A stretch of 63,766 nucleotides of DNA, filler included, from Olpidium bornovanus S191 (Eukaryota; Fungi; Olpidiomycota), in NCBI GenBank assembly GCA_017911155.1. It is 32 parts of 32 records of this genome, joined end to end, with 100 filler letters (N's around TTAATTAATTAA, not from the genome) between each part and the next. Parts side by side here need not be neighbours in the genome. Positions count along the whole stretch, not along the records: positions 8,575 to 12,948 come from JAEFCI010006448.1; positions 13,049 to 14,340 come from JAEFCI010007371.1; positions 14,441 to 16,039 come from JAEFCI010003203.1; positions 16,140 to 19,071 come from JAEFCI010008880.1; positions 19,172 to 20,694 come from JAEFCI010009045.1; positions 20,795 to 21,931 come from JAEFCI010004793.1; positions 22,032 to 23,988 come from JAEFCI010010796.1; 25 more parts are not named here. One strand, written 5' to 3'. This document shows positions 11,430 through 22,445 of this stretch, piece after piece. The notes under the pieces were generated by a model. It was given only the letters and a program-made list of their open reading frames with translations, was not told the DNA's origin and searched no databases. Position numbers and translations under genes: made by a program. How positions within the stretch are numbered: position 1 is the first letter of the stretch; each line of letters opens with the position of its first letter.

Positions 11430-12948
11430 ATGGAGCACCCGGCCGTCACGGTGAGTGCTTTCCGGGGAAGATGAGTTGGCCTTACCCTGGGAGGAGCAGA
11501 TCTCACCGCGACCTGTCTTCACCTCCCTGCGCTCTCCGCGTTCCCCGCCGCTCTCCACCACACTCTCAAGACTTTTCGAGAGTACCTACGCGTGAACACC
11601 GTCCAGCCCACGCCGGGTGGGGGCCGGCAGCTGGAGGCCGGGGGGGCGACCGAGGCTCTTCGGCGCGTGTTGCCAAGATGGCGCGCGCTTCCGATTCACC
11701 CGTATTTCTCTCTCCCCGATTCGCTCCTCGACCGCAAAAATTAAAAAAAAAAAGACTACGTGGCGTGCTGTGCCTTTCTGAAGAAAATCGCAGGCAGTCG
11801 CACGTATGACAGTGTTCACGTTTACGAGGTACGCGAGAAAGGATGCAACCCAATCCTCTCACGCGCCGACGGCCTTGCCGCGGGAAACTAAACTACGCGC
11901 CCCGTTGGCCGACAGGTCACCCCGGGGAAGCCCGTCGTGGTCATGACCGTGCTGGGCACCGATCCGTCGCTGCCTTCCATCATGTACGCCCTGTTTGCGC
12001 GCGCCAGGCGCGAAGCGGGCTCGGCATCTTAAACGGCTTTGGGGTTGACGACTTTCGGACAAATGCCAATAGGCTCAATTCCCACATGGATGTTGTTCCG
12101 TACTACAAAGAGCACTGGCGACACGAACCGATGTCCGGGTACAAGGACGATAACGGTGATATTTTTGCCCGTGGGTATGTCCATGGGGCGCCTGAACTTT
12201 TGACGGAGTTTTTTTCGCTTACCTGAGCTGCCGGCTGCTTGTAGAACGCAAGGTGCGTTTTCTGCGCGACCGGCTGCGTTTCGGCAGCAGAATTGGACGC
12301 GGACCTCTGGCGAGACTGAGGTTGTTGAATGGCGCGGCCCGAAGACATGAAATCTGTCGGGATCCAGTACATGGAGGCCGTGCGTAATTTAAAGGCGCGC
12401 GGCGAAAAGTTTCTCCGGAATATCCATGTCGTGTTCGTCCCAGGTGCGCCTCTAAGCTGCAAACCCCACCTGTCATTCTGTGTTTTTTTTCCGGCTTGAA
12501 ACTCGCTAAATATCAGACGTTTGCGATACCTGCGTGCCTAGACGAGGAGATTGGTGGCCACCACGGCATGCAAGAGTTTTTGAAGACTCCAGAGTTCAGG
12601 GCCCTGAACGTTGGCTTCGCGCTGGACGAGGGCCTTGCGAACGAAGGGAGCGCTTTCAAGGTAAGGGGATATCCACGCCTTAGTTGCGTGGACTTTGTCC
12701 TACCTTGCAGTTGAACCCTCGTTCTGCCGGACTGGCAGGTCTTCTACGGTGAACGTGCCCCGTGGTGAGGCCCTTTCGCTCCGGTACAGTTCTTCGGTGT
12801 ACCGTGCTCCAAACGGGTATAGGCTCACATGCCGGACGCCACCGCGGACGGGCCTCCAGGTGGGTCACGGTGCGGGCGAGTGGAGGTACCGGTCACGGAA
12901 GCCGCTTTATCGAGGATCTTGCGTCAGACAAGCTTATGCGCATCATCG
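11430..12948 (+). CDS. ACY1: aminoacylase-1 (M20 metallopeptidase), 3-prime truncated, at least 10 exons
   Basis: Spliced: [24 protein letters not shown]...[31 protein letters not shown]...[18 protein letters not shown]...FVPDEEIGG...ALDEGLA...YGERAPWWV...GHGSRF. Contains the SHxDVVP, DMK and DEE metal-binding motifs. Confidence 0.95.
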
Positions 12949-13117
12949 NNNNNNNNNNNNNNNNNNNNNNNNNNNNNNNNNNNNNNNNNNNNTTAATTAA
13001 TTAANNNNNNNNNNNNNNNNNNNNNNNNNNNNNNNNNNNNNNNNNNNNCATGCAGGATGGGCGCCGCTTGATTATTCGTACTCTTTACAACTGAAGTCGT
13101 TTCTGGAAGGTACGACG

Positions 13118-13933
13118 TCAGCTTGGCGGCCCCGGCGGGTTTGGGGATAATTGGGAGGGATTATTCTTGGTGGTTAACGGGAGTCTTTTTTGCCCGGAAA
13201 TGAAACCTGCAGAAACCGCCCTGCGCGCGTTTGAGGACAAGCGGACCAATCGGCGCCGCAACAATACGATCGGCCACCCGCCCGCCGGCCTCACGCACGT
13301 CAGGTCGCTTATGCGGGACCGTTCGACGTCGACGCCGATGCCTGCCAGCGGCGCCGCCCTCAGCCGGATCAGTTCGCTCTCGGCGGCCGCGCCGCCGCGG
13401 GTCAGCAGCCGGAACGCGCAGCTGGACTCCCTTGACCTCTGCTTGGCGCCCAATTCCGCTCTGAAGACCCCCGCCCCGCTCCCGATGCACTCGACCGGCC
13501 AGCCGTGCGTGGTGTCGTGCCTCCTCGTCGCTTGGAAGGCCAAGTCGCCGCTCCCGTACAAGTCGGCCGGCTCGGTCGGCGAAGCGACGTCCAGCTTCGC
13601 CAGCACCTTCTCCTCGCCGGAGTCCTTGCCGCTCCCGCCTACCCCCGTTCCGGCGGGGAAGATGAGCAGGCGCCCCTCCCTCGGCAAAATCCTCCGCCAT
13701 ATCGGCGAGCCTTCCGCTCTCGGCCAGTCCAACGCCGCGCCTTCGCCGGACCCCCCGGCTCTTCCCGAGCCCGGCCCGCTCTCCCTGGCGATCCCCGGCG
13801 AGAATCGCGACATGTACCCGTCGCCGGTTGTCATCAGCGCCGCGCCGCTCACCCCGACGTCGCCTCGGGCGCTGCCGACGCTCGGGCAGAACGTGAAATT
13901 ATATCCATCGCCGCCGGAAAGTTTCCATATATT
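13118..13933 (-). CDS. hypothetical protein, probable large terminal exon
   Basis: Long GC-rich ORF after a CAG acceptor (NIWKLSGGDGYNFTFCPSVG...IWRRILPREGRLLIFPAG...EEKVLAKLDVAS...GWPIVLLRRRLVRL). Family not recognised; the opposite strand is also open. Confidence 0.4.
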   Translation of the reverse strand, partial: NIWKLSGGDGYNFTFCPSVGSARGDVGVSGAALMTTGDGYMSRFSPGIARESGPGSGRAGGSGEGAALDWPRAEGSPIWRRILPREGRLLIFPAGTGVGGSGKDSGEEKVLAKLDVASPTEPADLYGSGDLAFQATRRHDTTHGWPVECIGSGAGVFRAELGAKQRSRESSCAFRLLTRGGAAAESELIRLRAAPLAGIGVDVERSRISDLTCVRPAGGWPIVLLRRRLVRLSSNARRAVSAGFISGQKRLPLTTKNNPSQLSPNPPGPPS

Positions 13934-14218
13934 CTGACCAGCGACCGAGTCCCGAGAGCTCCATTTTGCGGACCTGCCACGAGCGGACGGCCCCCGAGTG
14001 ATTCGCGGGCAAAAGCCGAACGAGAGAGTTTTGCTTTCGAGTTTACGTGGTTGCGGGTCTCCAACGCGACCCTCCCCAACCCCCACACTCAACGCACACG
14101 CGCGCACGGCAAACCTGTTCCGGTTCCTACGCGTACGCAGCGGTAATGAGCCGAACCTGCCCGACTCTGCGGGGTCCCCTGGACCGCGCGCGGCGAAACT
14201 CGAATCGACGGTCGGACT

Positions 14219-14256
<38 letters not shown>

Positions 14257-14284
14257 CCCCCGGGCGGGGGAAACCCCCAAACCC

Positions 14285-14326
<42 letters not shown>

Positions 14327-14619
14327 AAAAAAAAAAAAAANNNNNNNNNNNNNNNNNNNNNNNNNNNNNNNNNNNNNNNNNNNNTTAATTAATTAANNNN
14401 NNNNNNNNNNNNNNNNNNNNNNNNNNNNNNNNNNNNNNNNGCGGCCGGGCGGGGTAGCGAAGGGAGGTTGCACGCGGAAAAAAGGGGGCGGCGCCGCGAG
14501 GGTTTTCCGCACAGAGAGAGAGAGAGAGAGAGAGCGAGAGAATGAGAGAGAATGAGACTTGTGTCTCTTTCTGTAATTTTCTTTAATTAAAAACAAAAAA
14601 AAAGAGAAGGAAAAAAGAC

Positions 14620-15888
14620 AAATAGCAGCGTGCCGCATGTCTTCAGCAACCCCCGCGTTTTCGGCGTCAACGGCGGCCCTTCCGTCGTCGACGGCGCTGA
14701 TGACCTGGCCGATCGACGCGGCATTCTGCATCATTTCCCCCAACCTCCCTCGCAGCATGTCCTTTACGCCGGCCATGTTTGAGAGTCCCGCCCGGCCCGC
14801 CGCCGTGACGGCGGCGGAAAACGACTGGGTGGCGTCCCCGGACAGCGGAACGTCCTCCACCGATATGTCGCCGGCGGAGGAGTTGGGCGTCCCGCCGGCC
14901 GCCGTCGCGGACGCCGGCGACTGCTGAAAAAAACTGCTCGAAGCCTCCGAAAGCAGCCCGGGCTGAAGCGCAAGCGCGGGTGCTCCAGCCTCCGACGCCG
15001 GCCGCAGCGGCGTCGAAAGCTGCTCGTCGACCGGGGAGAACGTGGCGGCGACCGAATACTTGCGGTGTTTCGCCGGCGAAATTGAGACTATGCCCCGCTC
15101 GGACGGTCCCGGTGTCGAGTCCGAAACCAGGAACGAAAAGACGTACGTGGCGATCGAGGAGCGCCGTCGCTTGCGCCGCGTTCATCGGAAGAACGGCCGT
15201 CTTTGTCAACCTGTATATCGGGTGGCTACGTGGGCCGTCCGGGTTCCTCTCGATGATCCCGACGCTCGCCCTTCCCGTTATGACCAGCAGGCGCGGCCCT
15301 GGTACGGTTCGAGGCGCGTGTGATGAGCGCTGTCCCGGCCGCGCGTCCGAAACGACGCGCGCAACGACCGGGACGTCGTACCGGTTGCGAAGTTCAGCAT
15401 TCCGATTATGCCGTGGATCTCATAACGCCGGGTGGTCGCCTGAGCATTATACTCCTCTATAAAAAAAAAAGAACAAAGAAAAAAAAACCGAAGAGGGCAG
15501 AAACGGGAAAAATTACTCAAATCGCGCGTGCGCCGCGAAAAAAGACAGCGCCCGCAAGCTTGCACGATCATGATGGGGAGGAGGGGTTCGAAGCGAGAGC
15601 CGCTCGAACGACACAAGGGCCAACGTCACAAAAATAAAACCGTCGTCGTCTTCTTAAACGCTCAATCCTCGCCGCCGGGGCCCCCGAAAAGCTCTTACCT
15701 CTGACAACGGAGATGTCGCCGGACGGAAAAGCGATGTGCAGCGTTTCCGGCGGCGGCGGATTCGACGTCTGGTTCGGAAACCTAGGCCGCTTGGCGGCCG
15801 ACCGGGCCTTTGCCACCAGAACGAAGGCGTTGTTCTCGACGAACAACGTTATTCGTCTGTGAAGGTAAGGCGGGTCGTTCTCCGCCAT
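14620..15888 (-). CDS. SacI-homology phosphoinositide phosphatase, N-terminal part (SAC1/SAC2-INPP5F-like)
   Basis: Spliced MAENDPPYLHRRITLFVENNAFVLV...YEIHGIIGMLNFATG/PRLLVITGRASVGII...HPIYRLTKTAVLP matches the SAC N-terminal pattern GxxGxxxLxxGxYLxVITxRxxVG...HxIYrv. Confidence 0.8.
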
Positions 15889-15971
15889 TTCCCGCCTTCT
15901 GCCCCGGCCGCTCCACCCCGCCGGCCGGGGCCCCGCCGCGAGGGAAGGAACAGAGAGAGAGAGAGAGAGAG

Positions 15972-16039
<68 letters not shown>

Positions 16040-16139
16040 NNNNNNNNNNNNNNNNNNNNNNNNNNNNNNNNNNNNNNNNNNNNTTAATTAATTAANNNNN
16101 NNNNNNNNNNNNNNNNNNNNNNNNNNNNNNNNNNNNNNN

Positions 16140-16510
16140 CAGGCGGCGAGCATCAATGGCGTCGTCATATCGCCGGATAAAGTTGGAGAGAAGGCTCGAA
16201 AAGTCAGAAAAACCATTAACGACGGCATTTATGGACTCGCTCCGTTATGTCGTCGTCATGCCAGCAAAAAAACTATGTCTCAGTTAGGGTAAAGCTAGAT
16301 GGTGCCGGAGCTCGAACACGGATGCCTTCCTATCGCCGCTGTCATCGCCAGCTCCTGTGTCGGTAAGAATCAACAACGGAGATTAGCCAGATTGGTTCCT
16401 CCCAACAGCGGCGAGATGGATGTTTCTTTCGTCCCGTTCCTTAACATTGTTGACTCCCACAAACCGGAGAAGGGCAGGTTGTAGCGATTGAGCTTGTATG
16501 TGGAGTCAAT
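16140..16510 (-). mobile_element. degenerate MULE (Mutator/FAR1-type) transposase remnant
   Basis: IDSTYKLNRYNLPF then frameshift to FVGVNNV; ILTD then frameshift to QELAMTAAI; and RSESINAVVNGF...LLSNFIRRYDDAIDARR, matching MULE DDE-domain and FAR1-type downstream motifs. Confidence 0.7.
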
Positions 16511-16722
16511 TTTTTTGATTGTTTTAATTTTTCTTTTTTTCTTTTTCCTGCGGGCCCGCGAACTTTCTCGAGAGGGGCCCGGAGTACCCCCTTAAATGGG
16601 AGGCCCAGGGGACAAAAAAAAAAAGGAACGGAAAAAAAAAACACCCGCCGGCCCCCTCTTTCCACTTCTCTTGCAAAAAACAACTTCTCTCCAATCACCC
16701 AGGACCCGACCTCGCGGCCAGC

Positions 16723-18769
16723 ATGGTGTCCTTCGTGTGCGACGTGGTGAGTGTCCCGTTCCAGCCACCTGCCGCCGCCCGTTTGTTTTCTCTCTTCCGC
16801 GCGTCATCGCCCTTCTCGTTAAGGGCGCCGCGTGCTTCGTCGTCAGTTTCCCTGCGACACGGAACCGCCCGCGCCGCGGCTCGTTTGGTTGTTGCGTGGT
16901 GCTTCCTCGTATTTGCTTTTCTGACCCGTCGCGCACCTTCGGCGCGTGGTAACCTCTTCATTTCCAGTGCCAGGACACTTTGAAGAAGGTTCGCGGTCGA
17001 CGCTAGTTGATTGCGTTGCTGGCGTCGTGATCGAATACCAGAAGCGGCGGGCGCTGGAAAGCAGGATTCGGAGGCGCAGATGGTTGATTTTTTTATATAT
17101 TTTGCGTTCCCTTCAGGCCAAGCTCGACCAGCACAAAGGTCGCTGCCACGGAGCCAGCTTTTCGTGCATAGACTGCGGCACTTCGTTCAAGGGCGCTGAA
17201 CACAGGGCCCACACCTCTTGCATTTCCGAGGCTGAGAAGGTATTGCGGCCCGCAGTTATTCGTAAAAGTCGCTTTGATCGGGTGGAGATTACACCTTAGC
17301 CTGGTTGTACGGCCCGGCTGTACTTCTGTTAACAGAACCTCACGTGCTTCTGTCCCAGTACGAGAAGTCAGTGTTTAAAGGTCCCAAAAAGAGCAAAATG
17401 AACGGCGCGGGCGACAGCATCAAGAAGGACGGTCAGATTCTTCCAGAAAAGCCCAGGCCCATCGTCGAGCAGATTAAAAAGAAAACGGAGGAAAAGCAGG
17501 GGAAATTGGCTTCTGCCGCTGAAGTTGCGAACGGGGGAAAGCAGGGGAAAAACTCTGCCGCCGACGTCGCGAAAGGAAAAAAGCACGAGGAAAAGGTCAC
17601 TGTTGTTGAAGCTGCAACAGGAGAAAGTCAGCGGGAAAAGGCCATCGCTGCGAAAGTTGCGAAAGGAGAAAAGCAGGAGGGAAAGGTCCCTGCTGATGAA
17701 GTTGCGAAAGAAGAAAAGCAAGGGAAAAAGGCTCTTGCCGCGGACGTTGCGAAAGGCGAGAAGCAGAGGAAAAAAGACCTTGCCGCTGAAGCCGCGAAAG
17801 GAGAAAAGCAGTCTGATACGCCCAATAAGCGCAAGGCTGACACGAAAGAGCTCGCTGCTGGCGATAAGGAAGATAGTTTTAAAAAAGTAACTTACTGCGT
17901 CGGAAACGAGGTGGAGACGTGTGGATCTATAACACGCTCACCACTCTGAACCTGTTGTTGTCTACTTAGCCTAAGGTGAGCGAGGCTGCTGGAATTAAAG
18001 AGGCAAAGGAGACGGAAAATAAGAAGGAAAACGGGGAAGTGAAGGTTTTGGAAAGCAAGGAAGTCAATGAGGAAGAAATGACTTTGAAGATCCACGACAA
18101 GATCGAAGGGGCGAAGGAAATGGAGAACAAGTTGAAGAACGCAAAGAAGAACAAGAAGGACAAGCAAGAGTTGAAGGATGAGGTGGCGGCGGCGGAGATT
18201 TCCGAGACGACCGGGCAGGAAAATGAGTTTGTCGCAGAGCCCGCGGAGAAGAAAGACATCGAAATGGTTGATTGCGAACAGGGCGACAAGCAGGATGTGA
18301 ACAGCCAGGTAGCTCGTAAGAGAACCCGGAGGAGAGGAAGCAAGAACAGGAGCAGAAGCGCGGCACCACGATCGTCCGAGAGTCAACTCGCCGCCGTCAA
18401 CGTGACTAAGGAAATCAAGGAGGTTCTAAAAGAGGTGAGTGGGACGTGCCGCATTGGAGCAAAGGCTGGCCGAAACTTTCGCAAGGCAGTAATTTCCCGA
18501 TGTTCACGTCGTATAGACTGGCGGCGAGCTTTCATTCAACGCACTACACGCGATATTTCGAGAGAGGTACAAGCAGTCGCAGAACCTGGCAACCGTCGAG
18601 AAGATGATAGACGAGAACGTAAGCGATTTGAGGCCAGCCTTGCCCTGTATTATGAAATACCCAAATCGCAGTATCAGCTCGCCCGCTTTCTTTGCTTATA
18701 TGTAGTTTGTTTATATTGCCAACGCAGGTAAAGCTCGTTTTCAAGGATGGCATCGTTCGGATGGTGTAA
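16723..18769 (+). CDS. LYAR-type C2HC zinc-finger nucleolar protein (cell growth-regulating nucleolar protein family)
   Basis: Spliced MVSFVCDV/CQDTLKK/AKLDQHKGRCHGASFSCIDCGTSFKGAEHRAHTSCISEAEK/YEKSVFK is the LYAR signature. A long K/E-rich middle follows, and the final exon VKLVFKDGIVRMV* ends at 18769. Confidence 0.9.
17491..17812 (+). repeat. coding 45-bp (15-aa) tandem repeat, about 7 degenerate copies
   Basis: Consensus AAEVAKGEKQGKKxL repeats in frame inside the LYAR-type gene. Confidence 0.85.
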
Positions 18770-19176
18770 AAGCCAACCGATATATCTTCCCGGCCCTTCT
18801 TCCACGGCCTCCTAGAAAGTACTATTACAAGCGGGAAAGCACGATAAATGTCTTCTGTGCGAGCCGTTTACAGTCATTGCCTTCGACTCTCCAGTAAACC
18901 GCGCGTGACAGCAACGAAAGGACCGCATTTGTTAGAGCTGAGAAAGGGAGGTTCAGTCGGGGAAGAGAACAGCTTTGTTTTGCTGGGCAACTATATGTAC
19001 CGGGAGTTCGAATGGGCGCGCGGGTAGCACCGTCTCCTCGTGATGATGACAACTCCCAGACCGATCACATGNNNNNNNNNNNNNNNNNNNNNNNNNNNNN
19101 NNNNNNNNNNNNNNNTTAATTAATTAANNNNNNNNNNNNNNNNNNNNNNNNNNNNNNNNNNNNNNNNNNNNCTGGG

Positions 19177-19236
<60 letters not shown>

Positions 19237-19499
19237 CCCCCCCCCCCCCCCCCCCCCCCGCCTCCCGAGCGCGTCCACGCGCAGCCTTTCCCCCCAACAA
19301 CAACGCGACTGGCCGGGGATTGTACTACGACGCACGAACAGAACGGCCGGACCAGCTTGGAAGGCTATCAAGCCACCCTTTTTTGGTTCTTGTTTTCCTC
19401 ACCGAAGTGATCAATACACAACAGACCGGCCCGCTTTTTCTCACAGGCCGTCGCGTTCTTTCGTCCTCAACGATAACGACAACGCGCCGGCACCCGGGT

Positions 19500-20694
19500 C
19501 AACGGCCGGCCAATCCACCGGTAGATGGCGGTATAGCCGCCCTGGCCGCCAAACTTGCCGCCCTTAAGGCACAATTCGCGGCCCAGCAGCCCTCACAGGT
19601 GCTACCCCACGGCCTGCAATAAATTTTTCTCCCATTTCTACTATCACCAACTGTGGTGCTGTTTCTGGCGGTGGGCAGGCGACCTCCCTCAGGGGCCGCG
19701 CGCCCATATTCATTTCGAAGATCCAAAGAAGGATTCCGCAACGAGCCTGCCATCGTCGACAGGGGCGGTGCCAGCAATGACAACGGCGATTTCCCTGAAT
19801 ATGCTGGCTCTGCTGGACAAACTGTGCCCCTCCAGGCAGTTCAGACGTTTTGTCTCTCTTTTACTCTCAATAGCAGTACCACCAGAAAGCAGGCCTACGA
19901 CATTCAAATCGTGGTTCCCGCAAATGCCTGTGGTCAGGCAGTTTACCAGATTCTGGCGTACACGGGAATGGTACGGGGCGCGCAGCAAGATGCTGAGCGT
20001 CATCCGGAATGGGCACAGCCCACGCACGGAATGCCCGCACGACAGTGTCTAAAGGCAAGCGGAGGGTTGGATTCTTTAAAATTGAGGTATTCAAATGGAC
20101 TACTCCAATTGGCAGTGGGTACGATGCAGCAGAAAGGCGCACCACACAATCACCCAATAGGTGAACTACGTGCTCCGGTTGACGCTGGATCCAGACCAAT
20201 GTGATCCAAGCCTCTAATCGCTCATGTGACGCAAGGCTCTAATCACCAATGTGATCCAAGTCCAATAAAGGCCTAGTCGCCACACGTCCGCTTAACTAGG
20301 AGTGTGCCCACAGGTGAATTCGCGCTTCGCCCTCACCCGAACACAACAACAAGAAAACAAACGTTTCCTCTTCCCGCTCCACCCGTCGCTCCCCGCTCGC
20401 GCTCCTCAGCTTCCGGCTCCGCTTCCGCAGCTATGCCACATCACCATCATCACTCATCTGGAAGAAGCCATTGCGCGAAAGTTTGATCTCAGCAGCAATG
20501 GACAACCAAAGAAGATTTTTCGGTCTCCAACTACTCGAGGATGAGAATGGCAACAGAACTCAGGACCAAGCACAATATGTTTGCCGGCTGTTGGCACGGA
20601 TGAATTATTCAAATTGTCATCCAGTTTTCACCCCTCTCGATGTTGACGCCATATGGGTTTTACAACCAAGGAGAGATCAAGCAACTTCTCATGA
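19500..20694 (+). mobile_element. collapsed LTR-retrotransposon remnant ending in Ty1/copia reverse transcriptase
   Basis: 20450-20694 reads EEAIARKFDLSSNGQPKKI, frameshift, FGLQL...QDQAQYVCRLLARMNYSNCHPVFTPLD (copia RVT_2 pattern). Weaker gag-like (ARSKMLSVIRNG) and integrase-like (GIQMDYS...AAER) traces lie upstream. Confidence 0.7.
20196..20270. repeat. 25-bp imperfect tandem repeat, 3 copies
   Basis: ccaatgtgatccaagcctctaatcg / ctcatgtgacgcaaggctctaatca / ccaatgtgatccaagtccaataaag. Confidence 0.8.
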
Positions 20695-21003
20695 NNNNNN
20701 NNNNNNNNNNNNNNNNNNNNNNNNNNNNNNNNNNNNNNTTAATTAATTAANNNNNNNNNNNNNNNNNNNNNNNNNNNNNNNNNNNNNNNNNNNNGCATGC
20801 AAAAATAACAGGGGGAAAAAAGGGAAAGAAAAAAAAATACAATATGAGAGCGATACATAAATCAGGAGGAGGGCTATCCAGAAAACCTGTAATCTCAAAC
20901 GTGCAAAATGGTACCTCTGTCGGAGGTAAAGACGCGAACGCCGGCGGAAGCGCGGAGATAATCAGACGTCGGGGGCGTTGCGCGCGGGGCCCCTTCCTCC
21001 CCA

Positions 21004-21931
21004 TCAACTGCGCAAGAATTTGGCGCGGCGAGTCTTGCTTAGCTCCCAGTTCGGATTGCTGCCCGAGGGCCTCTCCCCGTCTCCGGCCGACGCGTCGCGC
21101 GCCGCAGGCGCGAACAAGATGGCGGGAGGCGCGGCCAGCGCAGCCATTGTCCCGTCTTCCGCGCCTCCTTCTTCCGCGGTCGGCGACACGCGCGTCCCGT
21201 GCGGCAGCAAGCCTGCCGCCCCGGGAACCGCCAACGAATTGAGCGTGCCGGGGTCGCTGCTCGGCCGCTGACAGCTCATGGGGGTAACGGCCGCGGCGCC
21301 GGCAGAACGCTGCACGTCGGGAGCGAGGAGATGGTGCAAGCTAAAAAGCGGCTGGCTTTGCAGCGGATGGTACTCCATGCTGTTACTCATCTGCGACATT
21401 TCCGCGGCCGCAGGGATGCTGGAGGCTTTAAGCAGGGGAGCGTTCTCACTGCTGATGCCGGGTAGAATAAGTTTGCCGTAACAAGGCTGAACTGCATAGG
21501 AGCGGCTTTTGCCGGAAAACCGGTGCGGAACCGCTTGACTCACCGATGCACAAGATTTATGCCGTCGATTCGGTTGGTGGAGGGCCCAGGCAGCGCTCGC
21601 TGTAAAGACGCCGATTCAGGCAAACGCCCGTCGCCAGGATATGCTGTGGACGGTAATTTGTCAAACGATGTTGACGGCGACACGGTCGTCGAGCTGCCCG
21701 CATTGTATATCAGCATTATGCGGAAGGCGTCGGAAACCCTGGATGCAAGTTCGAGACCAAACTCCTGGCCGTCGAGCATCCTCTCTATTGCCATCGCGGC
21801 GGCCGGGTCAAACACCTGGTGAAATGGCAGCGTCCCACTACGGAAAATCAGGATATAAACTGTGAGCGACGGTCACGATCTAATGCCCGTGCTGTGGTTG
21901 CACAGATAATTAACTCACGTCTTCTCCATGC
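21004..21931 (-). CDS. hypothetical protein, C-terminal exons
   Basis: GTLPFHQVFDPAAAMAIERMLDGQEFGLELASRVSDAFRIMLIY followed by a low-complexity S/P/A-rich ORF ending at 21004. Splice-like GTGAGT and TAG sites upstream. Family not recognised. Confidence 0.4.
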
Positions 21932-22110
21932 NNNNNNNNNNNNNNNNNNNNNNNNNNNNNNNNNNNNNNNNNNNNTTAATTAATTAANNNNNNNNNNNNN
22001 NNNNNNNNNNNNNNNNNNNNNNNNNNNNNNNCCCCCCCCCCCCCCCCCCCCCCCCCTCGTCCCGGGGGAAGATCCGGCGTTTGCGCGGGGGCGTTTCGGC
22101 GCACACATAC

Positions 22111-22445
22111 AGCGTCCCCAGCACGCTGTCGAAGGGCAGGAAGCCGGCGGGGTCCGAGGGCGATCTGACCCTGACCTGTATCTTCGCCCCGCGGTTGTGG
22201 TTCAGGCCGAGCAGGGTGGGGTTTTTCGGGTAGAACTCCTCGAGCCTCCTGACCCTCCAGCCCCGCCGCTTCATCACGGGCTTGACCTGCGCCGCGGCCC
22301 GCCGCAGCACGTCCAGCGCCTTCGCGTGGTCGCTCCGGGACTGGAGCGCGGCCACCGAGCCGAAGAGTTCCAGGCCGAGCGTCGCGGACGACGACGGGCC
22401 GGGGGTTCCGGACCCCCGGTCGCCGCCGCCGCCGTGCACCGGCAT
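22111..22445 (-). CDS. WSS1: WLM-domain metalloprotease Wss1, exon 1 (truncated)
   Basis: ALDVLRRAAAQVKPVMKRRGWRVRRLEEFYPKNPTLLGLNHNRGAKIQVRVRSPSDPAGFLPFDSVLGTL, then a GTATGT donor just before the expected HELxH motif. Confidence 0.92.

Noticed and set aside
11755-11828. Apparent GC-AG intron in ACY1 at ATCGCAG/GCAGT
   Set aside because: The frame reads through to a canonical GTACGC donor at 11829, so no non-canonical site is needed.
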